From NCBI RefSeq assembly GCF_004010195.1, contig NC_057716.1:45747329-45811328 (forward strand): DNA of 64,000 nt. The letters run 5' to 3'. Below are positions 47,621 to 60,140 of the stretch, piece after piece. Both the position numbers and the translations under genes were made by a program. Numbering within the stretch: position 1 is the first letter of the stretch; each line of letters begins with the position of its first letter. Below the pieces are notes generated by a model. That model was not told where the DNA came from. It was given only the letters and a program-made list of their open reading frames with translations, and ran no database searches. This stretch comes from Chiloscyllium plagiosum. Its lineage: Eukaryota.

Positions 47621-48529
47621 CCTCTATTTTTCCACCCTCTGGTAGACACACCACCCAAAGAGCCTCCATGGAGCAGTTTGCTTCTGAACATGGGAGAATG
47701 GAGTGCCCAGGTCACAGAATGACCACCCCTCATCCTCTCCACAACGATACTGATTTGCATTATGTTGTGAAGCTGTTGTTTTTACAAGATAGCTATATTT
47801 TAAAAAGTAATTTTTGTTACAATTCCCATAGAGATCAATAACATTTAAAAATAATTTCTGAATGACCAGCAAAAATAACCAAAGGACAACATTTCACATT
47901 ATAAGACTTTTACAGAACAAACAAGTTAAAATCAACATAAATCATGCACAGGCAACTAATACAACAACCTAAAGAAAAGTTTCTTTCACATTAACTAACT
48001 AAAACAATCACAAAATGTCTTACTTGAGCTAAGTACTACACCTCTGGGAGATATGTAGCATTACTAAAACAACTGCAATATAGGAAGCTCCAAAGTACCT
48101 CCCTGCTCCCCAGCATGTTCAGGTCTCCCAGCCACTGGAGGTTGAAACTTCCAGTGTCCACCAAAATCATTCAATTCAACTACAGTAACTTCAAGATCTG
48201 ATTTTCACCAGATAAACCCACCTCAGAAATGCCTTGTTCCTTAAATCTCTCTGTTCTGTCTAATTCCAAACAGAAAGCAAACTTTCATAAGTATGTGCTT
48301 GGCTGTTGACACAAAACATTTCCACTGCTTCATTCACAGCAGTAAAAACAGCTATCCATTTCCTGAGTTACTGTGTCAATGTGTGAAAACTGTCACTTCA
48401 TTTCAATAGATTTTTATTTGGCTTTCTCCCATATGGCATGCATATCACAAAAGCATATGGAATGCTTCCATAATTCTCAATTTTACTTTAAGTTAAAAAG
48501 GAACATTTTATAAAAGGACCGTCCCATAA

Positions 48530-48635
48530 TACCAAAACAGAAGTGCTAGAAAAGCTCAGCAGGTCTGGCAGCATCTGTGAAGAGAAATCAGAGTTAACGT
48601 TTCGGGTCCAGTGACCCAAAACATTAACTCTGTTT
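48530..48635. mobile_element. Family C mini-element folded back at helix II
   Basis: cagagttaacgtttcgggtc-cagt-gacccaaaacattaactctg. Confidence 0.7.
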
Positions 48636-48642
48636 TTTTTTT

Positions 48643-48945
48643 AAGATTAGATTCCCTACAGTGTGGAAACAGGCCCTTTGGCCCAACAAGTCCACACCGA
48701 GACTCCGAAGAGTAACCCACCCAGACCCATTTCCCTCTGACTGACGAACCTAACACTATGGACAATTTAGCATGGCCAATTCACCTGACCTGCACATCTT
48801 TGGACCTTGGGAAGAAACCAGAGCACCCGGAGGAAACCCAAGCAGACACGGGGAGAATGTGCAAACTCCACACAGACCGTTGCCTGAGGCTGGAATCGAA
48901 CCTGGGTCCCTGGTGCTGTGAGGAAGCAATGCTGACCACTGAGCG
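48643..48945 (-). mobile_element. HE1-type SINE
   Basis: Matches 44419-44742. Confidence 0.88.
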
Positions 48946-50732
48946 CATGGCCTGAGGTAGTCACTGAGGAGGATGAGGTTACCATCCTCACAGAGTGATG
49001 TCATGATCTTTGGCTTCCTTTCGTCCTTTGATAGTAGGAATATCTGTGCGGCAGGTAGCCTTGCAGTGCTCCAGTGCAGCAGTGCGTATCTCAAACACAA
49101 ACAGAGACAAATCAGCAAGCTGTCTCCACCTAATTTGAGGCCAGATGGACAGAATGACTTAGAAAGGGCCAAGAGCAGAGCCCACAGCATACATGGGCCA
49201 CTGAGGTCTTCTCTTTATGACTGTGCAGTATTGTGCTTTACAAGTACAATGTAAATAATGACACTTGAAGTTATTGTGTGAGCCTCCATTTCTAATGGTG
49301 AAGCAATGAAACTGGCATGAGGTGATGAAGGTGAAACAGTTGGGCACATATCAATCCTTCATGGTGATAAGAGTGGACACATTCAGGCTGCATCTTCACT
49401 GGGCACATAAACAGCTCAGACTGAGCTCCAGAACTGTGGCTCCATGAGACTCAGGTGAAACATGCCTCAATCAAATGATTCCTGAAATTTGACAACTCAA
49501 TGAGACCTTCATGTCTTGTGCCAGGCCTGGCCACCTCCCTGGGCAGCTGGAACTAGGGCTCTGTTTCTTCTTTCTCCAACACCAATGATGAGCTGTGTCT
49601 TTCAAAGACTTTGTACTTTTCAGGGTTCATATCCCTGAAGGGTCATATATATTAAGGAGAACATAGCAGACTGTCACATTGTGCAAGATTTTTAATGAAG
49701 CAGCTACCTGACCAGTACAGGAACTGAAGATACATCTTCAGAAGCCTGATAGTCAGCTGAGATATTGGCTCTGGTCAAATCGCTTGTGTGCCTGTTTCTC
49801 AGATTCTTGTGAAGAGGTCTTCAAGTGATATCCCTCGTCCCTTAGAAGTTTTCTATGTACTTTTGGGACGATTGAGTAAACAATTGTGGCAGCCTAACTG
49901 TGGAGGATTAAGGGATCATGGTGTCTGCCAGGAAGTCAAGCCCACATATGAAGAAAGCTCTTCTTTTGGTCATTGAGGGAGTAGGAGCTATTCCTGTTGA
50001 TGTACTTAAGCCAATCACTGGACAATAATGATGCCCTACAACTGGTGGAATTCAGTGATGACAGTGATGAAAAGAAATGCCCTTTTAGCCTGGGAGGTCC
50101 CACTCATATTGATGTACTGCCCTGCTCTGGAAAATAAGGCAAATGTCACCTGAACAGTCAAGTTTGTGCAGCCATTTGTGAAATGCTACCACAGCCCACA
50201 GCCTGTCTTTGGAAGAAGCAGGAAACAAAGCAGTTGTGTGTCAAACCTATATGGATTGCCACAGTCTCCTGTAATACTGGGTCTCAACTATCTCCAGGTA
50301 GCTCTGTGTTCACTTGTAGATTCTGTTCTAAATGGACAACCTCCCTGGCTCTCTGTGGAAGATGAAGCCCAAATGTGACAATACCCTTTCGTGCTTAGGA
50401 GGCAACTGCCCACTCTCCTAATCCTTTGTGCTGAGCTGATGATGCCTATTTCTCATTGGGTGAGTTGCGTTTTGCACTGTTCACCCCTTTATCAGTCTCA
50501 GTTAATCCTCTAAGGGGGTGGGGGGTGGGTCGCAAGGATTGATTCACTGCAGTCTTCGTGTAGCTGGTCTTTCCCAGACAGTGAACATAGCGTTTGTGCC
50601 CTATGAAAACCACAACAATCTCTTAACAAGTGACTCTTGAAGAATCTTGTTTTGCCTTTGTAATGGATCATAATGGAATGAGTAGGATTGATGTTCTGGT
50701 TTCCCAGTGAAATTGGCCAACACAGGAATGGA

Positions 50733-50876
50733 CAAAGTGAGGACTGCAGATGCTGGAGCTCAGAGTCGAGAGTGTAGTGCTGGAAAGGCACAACAAGTCA
50801 GGTAGCATCTGAGGAGCAGGAGAATCGACATTTCGGTCTTAAACCCTTCATTAGGAATTTCTGATGAAGGGCTTAT
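50733..50876 (-). mobile_element. Family A mini-element (minus arm plus start of inverted arm)
   Basis: aaagtgaggactgcagatgctgg...gacatttcgg...cccttcattaggaa-tttctgatgaagggcttat. Confidence 0.75.
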
Positions 50877-51956
50877 CCAATCCTTACTGAATTGGATTAA
50901 CAAGACTTCACACATTAGATGACCAGGCATATAACACATTCGATCTGATACTAGTCGAAACGTCATGCTGATTAACCGGAATGTTTGTTCAAACTTTTTC
51001 CAACTTTGGCTAGGTTGGGGAAACAAATATGAACAGAGGTTTTTATTCTGGCACTAGATGTATCAGAATTGCATCTGAAGATTATTGGGACTTCTATTCT
51101 TGTAGCCAGTGGCCTTTCCATTGATAAACTGATATAATGTTAATGTGGAAGAATAAAATCTGTGCTGCTAATTCTGGGCAAAAAAAAATTCAATTAATGA
51201 TTTAATAAAGGATGTCGTCATGCAAATGTGTAACTTAAAAATTTCTGTAAATAATTTTGAGGGCAAAATAGGAAGTTTTTTTCAGAAAATCTTCACATTT
51301 CATAACTGTGTCACAAATTAAAACATACATTCTAAAACGTCAAAACCTTTTGCAAATAGATGACTACTTTTCAATATATTACATCACTGTCTCCTCTTCC
51401 TGCTCTCTTCCCTCCTTTCCAACTATCAAAAGATCAGTTTAAAGCCTTAAATGTTTAAGGATGCCTCTTAAAATGTGATAGCAGAAAGACTGAAACACAG
51501 TTTCCTGTAAAGAAAAAACTTGAAGTTGCATCGTTATACAGTTCCTTGTTTAACTTCAGGTTCCAGGTTCAGTTTATCATATCTGGAGAAACAGACATTT
51601 CTATGATATTTTTATTAATCAACTTACTTGGGAGAAACATTTGAGATGAATTGCTACAGCATGCAGATTATAATAAGGAGTTTCTTTCTATCATATTCTT
51701 GCAATACAATGAGGCCTGTCAATCTCAGTCAACATTAATTTGTTTGGTTTGTTATTGCTTTAGTGAGTAATCACTCAAAGTTCAATATTGAATATAATGT
51801 TGCCCAGAAAGCAGTTTCTAGTTTTGCTTCTTCTCTACAAAACATAAATACTCTTTAAAAGAAAATGATCTAACTTTTTTTGAACCATTTATACTACTTT
51901 GATTTTATTATGCCAGGAATATATGCCTCCTGAAAAAAATAGCAGGCATCACAAAG

Positions 51957-52153
51957 CAGTCCAAAGATGTACAGGTTAGGGTGAATTGGCTACGCTAAAT
52001 TGGCCAAAGTGTTCAGGGATGTGTAGGTTAGGTGTATTAGTCATGGGTAAATATAGGGTGGGGAATGGGTCTGGGTGGGTTACTCTTCAAAGATTTGGTG
52101 TGGGCATCTTGGGCCAAATGGCCTGTTTCCACACTATAGGGATTGTAAGATTC
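51957..52153 (+). mobile_element. HE1-type SINE 3' half
   Basis: cagtccaaagatgtacaggttagggtgaattggctacgctaaattg...ggcctgtttccacacta. Confidence 0.82.
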
Positions 52154-52271
52154 TGTGAGTACACACTCGGACCTCAAACAACACAGATTTACTTATTAGT
52201 CATTTCATTGAACAACAAAAACACAAATAGCTTGAAGTGCTCTACATTAACAGTTTTTAACAAAGCTGTTA

Positions 52272-52420
52272 TCTGTTGTTGTGGTTCTGTTCGCCGAGCT
52301 GGAAGTTTTTGTTGCAAACGTTTCGTCCCCTGGCTAGGCGACATCATCAGTGCTTGGGAGCCTCCTGCGAAGCGCTTCTTTGATGTTTCCTCCGGTGTTT
52401 ATAGTGGCCTGTCCCTGCCT
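52272..52420 (-). mobile_element. Penelope (Poseidon-like) pLTR with intact hammerhead core, family D
   Basis: Reverse strand gca-CTGATGA-t-GTCGCC-tagcca-GGGGAC-GAA-ACGT-T-tgc (52313-52353); related to 6690-6770. Confidence 0.8.
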
Positions 52421-53200
52421 GCCCTGACTGTTTGACTCACTTCTGTTCTCAACTGTACAATTCTCAGATTGATCTCTTTCCTTACTATCTCCCTGGGTGC
52501 CACCCCAACTCCCCCCCTCCACCTTACTCGTTTTGAACCCTCTCAAGCAGTTATCGCAAATTCCCCTGCCAGTATATCAGTCCACTTCCAATTCAAGTGC
52601 CATCCGTCCTTGTATAGATCACTTGCACCCTAAAAGACATTCCAATGATGCAAAAGTGTGAATCCTTCTCCCATACACCAGTTCCTCAGCCATGCATTCA
52701 TTTGCTCTGTCCTCCTAATCCTGCCGTCACCAGCTCATAGCACTGGGAGTAATCCAGATATTACTACCCTTGAGGACCTCCTTTTTAAATTTCTGCCTAA
52801 CTCTCTGTAATCTCCGTTCAGAATAGCAAACTTTTCCCTTCCTATATCGTTGGTTCCAATGTAGACAATGACCTCTTGCTGGCCCCTCTCACCCGTGAGA
52901 ACATTCTCCATCCTCTCTGAGACATCCTTGATCCTGGCACCAGGGAAACAACACACCATTCTGCTTTTTCTCTACTTGCCACAGAAACGTCTGTCTGTAC
53001 CTTGGACTACAGAATCCCCGAACACAATTGAGCTCCTGAAAGCCGATGTATCTCTCGTTGCATTAGAGCCAGTCTCAATACCAGAAACTTGGTTGTTTGT
53101 GCTACGTTCCCCTGAGAATCCATCACCCTCTACATTTTCCAAAATGGCATACATGTTTGAAATGGGATATCCACAAAAGACTCCTGCCATGGGTGCCTAA
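52420..53200 (-). mobile_element. CR1 ORF1 fragment (SGNH esterase domain)
   Basis: SIVFGDSVVQGTDRRFCG, VCCFPGARIKDV and VIVYIGTNDIG...VVISGLLPV. Confidence 0.88.
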
Positions 53201-53204
53201 CTCT

Positions 53205-53425
53205 GTTACCCTCTGGTTGTTGAATGTGAAGTGTGTTGTGAGGCACATGTCCAGTAGTTTAAGTATGCCGTCTTTGTTGATAGGTTCAGAGTCCTGTTTT
53301 CTGTTCTGTATGTCCAGTAGGTTGGCTATTGTTTCTCTGGCTAGGGTTTTGTCAATCGAAGTGAACAGTGCCGTCACGTCGAATGATATCATGGTTTCTT
53401 CTTTGTCTATGTGTATCTTTGCTGT
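53205..53425 (-). mobile_element. Penelope-like reverse transcriptase fragment
   Basis: MISFDVTALFTSIDKTLARETIANLL...ILKLLDMCLTTHFTFNNQ. Confidence 0.85.
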
Positions 53426-53499
53426 TATCTTTCAACTAATTGGTGGCATAGCGGATGAGATGTTGTTATTGAAGTCTAGGACCCAAGGTCTAATAAAAT

Positions 53500-54265
53500 G
53501 ACACTCCAGGTTGGTCAACATTTCCCTTGCAGGCCTGCTGCAGTCACAAACTTGAAAAACGGCATCTCATTTTCTCCTTAGGGATCCTGCAGCCTCGAGG
53601 ACTCAACACAGAGTTCAATAAATTTAGAAAATAACAATCAAAGAACTGGAGGTGCTGGAAATCAGAAATACAAACAGAAATTGATGGAAAAGCTTAGCAA
53701 GTCTGGAAACATCTGTGGAGAGAAATCAGAGTTAACATTTTAGGTTCAGTGAGTTTTCTGTGGAAGGGTCACTGGACCCAAAAGTTTAATTTTGATTTCT
53801 CTCCATAGATGCTGCCAGATTTGCTGAGTTTTTCCAGTAATGTCTGTTTACTCAACCCACACCCAGTCCTTTTTTGACATGGGGTGTTTTTAGCACAGTC
53901 ACTCATTGTCATGTATTGCCAAGTCTGTTATCACATCATACCAGTTGCATTCAGTACAGTTCACCCATTTTCCCCTACTCTTAGCTCTTATGATCACTTA
54001 TTCAGCTTATCTTATGCCCTCACCCTCAATCCATAATCTCTTTGTTCACCTACCCCTTTCATACGTCACCCTCTCTCTGGGCTCTATCTCCACCTATCTC
54101 TTATCTTCCTCTGCCCCACCCAACAACTTTGGCTTCCACATAAATACCACCTTTACCTAGCTGCTAACAACATGATGTAGCATCATCAGACTCAAAACAT
54201 TAACTCTGCCTCCACAGATGCTGACAGACCTGCGGAGTCTCTCCAGCAACTCCTGCTTTGTTATT
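53500..54265 (+). mobile_element. Old Neptune-like Penelope 3' end with nested family C palindrome (~53630-53850)
   Basis: KLEKRHLIFSLGILQPRGLNTEFNKFR; C/T-rich 3' region; inverted family C arms around ~53760. Confidence 0.7.
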
Positions 54266-57057
54266 GGATGGAAGAATTATTTATTTGTTGGCTCTAAAGA
54301 CTCCATGTCAAATTAGTTTGGATGCTTTTCAATCGTTTTCCTAACAAGCATGAAACAGTCCCTAATTTGTGGTCTAAACTGGTAATTCACTCTATTTTAT
54401 AAAGTGATGCCAGAATGAAAAGAACTCATATGACAGCATCAGGGATGGGATTCTCAGACTGAGGCTAAATCTTGCTTGTTTGGACAGAGTACAGCTTTGC
54501 TTTATGTCTACAGTTGATGTTCCAAACCAGGAAACAATGAAAAGTGGAAGTATTTCCTTCTCCAACATTGATTAAATTCATTTTAATGAACATAATGTTT
54601 AAACAAGGTATTTACCAGCTGTTTCATTCTGTATTTTTTACTATTTCCCATTAACTGTTTCTGATCTCTTTTATGAAGCAAAGCTACTTACTGATCCAGA
54701 ATGTCTGACTAATTAATCCCCATTTTCCATTGTCTTTGTTTCATTATTGTAATATAGCTTTCCTCTATATTACATTCATTTCATTGACAATGCTTTGAAA
54801 TGTATTTATCATTAATATCCAAACACAAGTGAGTGGAATTGACCTAACTTTGGTTGACCCACACTCCACAGCAGTCCTTGTATTAGTTTGAGACAAAAAG
54901 GATTCATTTTTACCAAATATTATTGTATTATTTTGGGGACAAGATATTTCTATAATACACATATAAGTAACTTGACACTAAATTTTAATTATTATTGAAT
55001 ATGAAATCAATGTTATCATTCCTGAGTCTAGCTGTTCGCTTGTTGTTTGGTATGCAGGGTCAAACATTTATGGTCTGTACATGCAATCAGCCCTATTATT
55101 AAAAGAAATTCCTGAACATTTGATCTCTATCCCACAGTGACACCTCCCCCCTCCACGTTACCCACCCAAAATGGAAAGCATGAATCTACAGTGAGGTAGA
55201 GGCAATTCTTGTACATGAGACAAAAAGAAAGTGATAGAGGAAAGAATGAAAGAAAGGAGAAACATCAACACTGACAGATAATTAGGAGTGCAGGGCAGAA
55301 AGAGCATGTTTTGTAGTCTTTTCTACCCTTCTTCCACTATATTTTGTTGGTTTTTGTATCTCAGCTCGTTCTCACACATGAATCTTAATGCCTGATTTTC
55401 ATAACTTCACCATCCTTAATATCCATTTTACTCTACTTAATTGGCGCTGGATAGCAAGGAATATAACCTTTGCATTGATTATTTTAGCTACTTAGAAGCA
55501 TCTTATACATACGCAGGATCTGTCACCCAACTTGAGATCTTGTTTCACACTGTAAATAAATGTATTGTTTCAAATGATGAATGAGATTGTCAAATAAGGA
55601 AAATGTATCGCTTCTTTTAAAAAATGCAAAATATATTTATAAAATTATTTTCTGTTTTTTAAAATACCAGCAACAAGAGAATGAGTAGCCTAGGCCACTA
55701 ATTGCCTCATCATATCATCTCAATAAAGATAAACCAAGTATTACCAATTTTGTTTCAGTACAAGCTTTCAGCCAATTCATATTTACATTATTTATTCCAC
55801 TTCTTAAAGTTGAATGAATCATTACCAGGACACTGCTCGACAGGCTTCAATTTTGAAGTATAATTCTAAAGAGCTCAACTTCAAGGACTATACTTTCTGT
55901 AAACAATTCAGTAATATATGCAATGACAGTAGGCAACACAATTATCATATGAAGAATTGCTTTTGCTCATTCCAACCAAAAAAGGCCTTTTTACTGTTTG
56001 ATTGGCCTGACCGCATACAAGACAAACATAAGCAAGAAAGTTTAAACGTTATTTAAAATGGAACTCAGCATTTTGTGAGGGAAGGGGTGTAAAAAAATTT
56101 TTTAGTTGAAGCACTTATTAGAATAGAGCACATTAATGTTGAGAATCTAAAAATGTTTGAGAAGAAAATGTACAGGATTCAACATCAAAATCTTATCAGG
56201 AAGTTGATAGTCCTATTGTTCTTGCTGGAACTCCATATGGAAACACTATATTGGCTGACCTTATCTTCAAATGTTCTATGCTATTATGTGAGCAGCATTC
56301 AGCTGCATAATTCTGTTACATTAACATCAATCATTTCCTTCCTTTTTCTATAAATATATAGTTTATGTAAAACTCTTGAAATAAGCTGCTCAATAATCAT
56401 GCATACTGGGTTTTACAGATGAAGCTCCTTGATATTTCTCTTGATGAAATATTTGCTGACTTCAATCACCTAGGGGACTTCTATACTGATGAAGTCACTG
56501 ATACGTGCCCCATTAGTCTCTGTGGATTTCCCCTAGCCCACTTCTCACCTCGTTCTTGCCAATTAAGGAGCCGAATTATGTATAATAGTTGGAGTCACTT
56601 TTAGTTTTGAGTCCTAGTATGCAGTGGAAGCTTTGACAGAAACATACTGGTGAATAATTAGAGCGATTTTTTAAAGCCAAGAAAACTCCATCTTTCTTCT
56701 GCCTATTTTTATCTGAATCGATGAATAGTACAAGAGCAATGAGCACCACACTACTAAAAGCAAAGACAATATAATAAGTTAGAATGCATAATTATGGTGA
56801 GAAAAAAAGTAGCCAAATAATTTTAGATATATTTATTAAATTATCTTTAAGAATTAAAGCAGCCAATTTATTTTTGATCTGCGGCCCTCTTTCGAAAAGA
56901 AATTTGGCAACAAAACAAAATCAGCTTCTTTAATGATCTCTTGAGATAGCTGCCCTTCAAGAAAAGTTTTAGGCCTGAAACCTTAAATCAGCAAATATAT
57001 TAAAAAATAGTGTAGTCCTCATCCAAGTGATGGATTAACACCTGCTGTTATCTAGGA

Positions 57058-57290
57058 GGCAATGGCTGGGTGACATTGTCACTATTGTAACAATGATATG
57101 GAATTACAGTTTCGAATGGCAGATGACGAAACTTGAATTAACTAAAAATCTGGAATGAAGAGCCTAATGATTTTACCTGGTCTAGCAAGATGTGACTCCA
57201 GACCCACAGCAATGTGTTGACATTGAACTGCCCTCTGGCAATAAATGCTAACCTAGGCCAGTAACACCCATATCCTGTGAATAAAAGAAG
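57058..57290 (+). mobile_element. Degenerate SINE with L2-like tail
   Basis: gtgactccagacccacagcaatgtg...ggcaataaatgct...acccatatcctgtgaataaaa. Confidence 0.55.
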
Positions 57291-58823
57291 ATTCAAATGG
57301 AGAAACATGTCACATGGATGAGCAAAGCATCAAATATCCAAGTGGACAAAGAATCAGGTATCTCTCTTAAAAAAAATGGATGCTCTTCCTGTTGACACTG
57401 ACTGTTTTCCAGCCTGCATACGTATGCAATAAAATGCATTTTATCTTCCTCTAAAGGAAGTACTTGCTTAATTGTGAAATGGCACTGCATTAGTTACCAG
57501 TTTTAGGGTGTTGTTGCATGATGAGTTTCCATGCCCATCCTCTGTGTCACTGGAATGGTTGCCTGCACATGAGCAGCAATGAAGCCAACCAGCATAACTA
57601 AAGTCTAGGAAAGGAGAAGGCAGCACTTGTGTCAGAGGCCAGTTTCCTGGGAAGGAATAGAAGAGGGTGGTATGTCCCAACCAGTTAACATCAAAATCAC
57701 CTTCCTTTTCCCTCCTAAGGGGGAAGCTGGAATGCACCCAGCCTTCTGGTCTCCAGTTGAGGTGTCTGACTTTTGTTCGTTGAGGATAGTCCCAGCTTCA
57801 GCCTCAAAAACCAGAATTGAAAATAAAAATTCCAAAATCCTAGATTGAAACACTTTAATGCCAGCCAGGTTTCCCTGGGCAATAGTTCTGAGGAAGAATT
57901 GGCTACGGTAGATATGATCTTAAGTTCATAATAAATTTAAATTTTAGCAATTCAGTTTATGCATCTCCAAGTTAGAAAGTTCTCGAACAACCTGTTTTTT
58001 AAAAAAATATTGAACTATTCTGACAGTTTCTAACTGTTGCCAATATGCACACTGTTAGGCTGTGCCAATCTGAGAAGAGAATCGCTAGAGTTCATTGGGC
58101 AAAACAAAGTTCTACTTCTTTTTGCACATTGCTGGAATCCTTGAAGCTTTCTTGAAGATTCTTATGTTGAGAAATGCTGGCTTAGCAGAGGTAACAATAA
58201 ATGTTTGCAATAACAACTGTCACTACCAAATGAATCACATTTAGAGACTCTGACACTCCTACTTGAGGAAGACAGAGAGAGATTAGACTTGGCTAATTCT
58301 GAGTGACAAAGAGAGCATCAAATTCTTTGCTTCAGATCCTTTAAGGTCAAAATGGAAAACATCTGCCAATTCAACTAGTCTGCAGTATGTAATAAGTGGC
58401 AAGCAAAATATTTGCAAGGAACAACATCTTTTTTCAATTCCCAATGGAGGAAGCATCAGTTAAATAGAAATATTAGTATAGAAAAAGAAAGTATTGGCAT
58501 ATGTACAGGTTATTCACCATTTCTGACACCTCAATATATCTTACAGCAAATTAACTACTTTGAACATGTCATTATTTTAGGAAACAGAAGCCAATTTATG
58601 CAGCATGAAGATCACATAAACTTCAATGTAACTAGTAACAGATAATCTATTTTAGTGGTGTTGATTGGATAACTATTGGCATTATTTTGAAGACATTTTA
58701 TGTTGACCTGAGAACACAACAGGGCTTTAGTTTATTATTTTACAATGAACACTCACACTAACAGTGCAGCACTCCCTCTGTACTGCACTTAAGTGTCCGC
58801 TAGGCTCTTGTGATCAAGTAGGC

Positions 58824-58895
58824 AAAAGTGAGGACTGCAGATGCTGGAAATCAGAGTATAGATTAGAGTGGTGCTAGAAAAGCACAGCAGGTCAC
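58824..58895 (-). mobile_element. Truncated family A tail
   Basis: aaagtgaggactgcagatgctggaaatcagag...gaaaagcacagcaggtca. Confidence 0.7.
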
Positions 58896-59004
58896 TAAGC
58901 CAAAGCTGCCTGCTCTTTTCTGGCTGTTGGTTTAAATGGTTCTTAGTCACTGTCATTGTGCTTTGTATTATTTTTCTAGATCAAACCAATTATGATTTTG
59001 GCAA

Positions 59005-60140
59005 CTTTCTTGTATTAATTCATGGGACTGGCCAGCATCTATTGCCTGTCCTTAGTTGCTCTTGAGAAGGTGGTGCTGAGCTGCGTATTTGAACCGCTGC
59101 TGTCCATATTCTGTAGGTTGACCCATAATCCTTGAATTCACTCCCTAATGGCATTTTGATCCAGTGACAGTGAAGGAACAGTGATATATTTCCAATTCAA
59201 TGAGGGGAGTGACTTGGGGGGTAACTTGCAGGTGGTGGTGTTCCCAAACATCTGCTGCCCTTGTCGTTTAGATAGAAGTGGGTGTGGGATTGGAATGTGC
59301 TGTCTAAGGAGCTTTGATGAATTTCTGCAGCGCATCTTGTACATAACACACACTGCTGCTACTGAGCATCTGTGATGGAGGGAATGGATGCTTATGGATG
59401 TGGTGCCAATCAAGTGGGGTGCTTTGACCTGGATGGTGTCAAGCTTCTTGAGTATTGATGGAGCTGTACCCATTGGGGAGTATTCCATCACACTCTCGAC
59501 TTGTCTTGTAGATGGTAGATAGGCTTCAGGGAGTCAGGAGGTGAGTTACTCACTGCAGCATTTCTAGCCTCTGATCTGTTCATGTAACCACTGTGTTTAT
59601 ATGGCAAGTCCAGTGAATTTCTGGTCAATAGTAACCCCCCAGATGTTGATAGTGGGGGCTTCAGTTATGGCAACACCATTGAATTCAAGGGGCAGTGGTT
59701 AGATTGTAACTTACTGAAGATGATTATTGTCTGGTATTTGTGTAGCGTGAATGTTACTTCCCACATGTCAGCCCAAGCCTGAATATTTTCCAGATTTTAT
59801 TGCATTTAACAGGAATTGCTTTGGTATCTGAGGTATCATGAATGCTCAATGTTCAGCACCAATCATCAGCAAAACATCCCCACTTCTGGCTTTATGATAA
59901 AGGGAAGGAAACTGATGAAGAAGCTGAAGTTGATTGGGCTTAGGATATTACCCTAGGGAACTCCTGCAGAGATGTCCTGTAGTCAAGATGACTGACCTCC
60001 AATAATCACAACCACTAGTATGACTCCAGCCAGAAGACAGTTTGCACGCTGATACCCATTGATTCCCATTTTGCTACGGCTACCTCATGCCAGACTTGGT
60101 CGAACATGGCTTTGATGTCAAGTGCTGTCACTCTCACCTA
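59005..60140 (-). mobile_element. L2/CR1-group LINE RT 3' fragment, degenerate
   Basis: MMEYSP...LKKLDTIQVKAPHLIG...SLHHRCSVAAVCVMYKM; upstream GVP.G.ILSP motif. Confidence 0.75.

Noticed and set aside
48950-50450. GC-richer block, possibly old LINE or transposase coding sequence
   Set aside because: No diagnostic motif recovered, so left unclassified.
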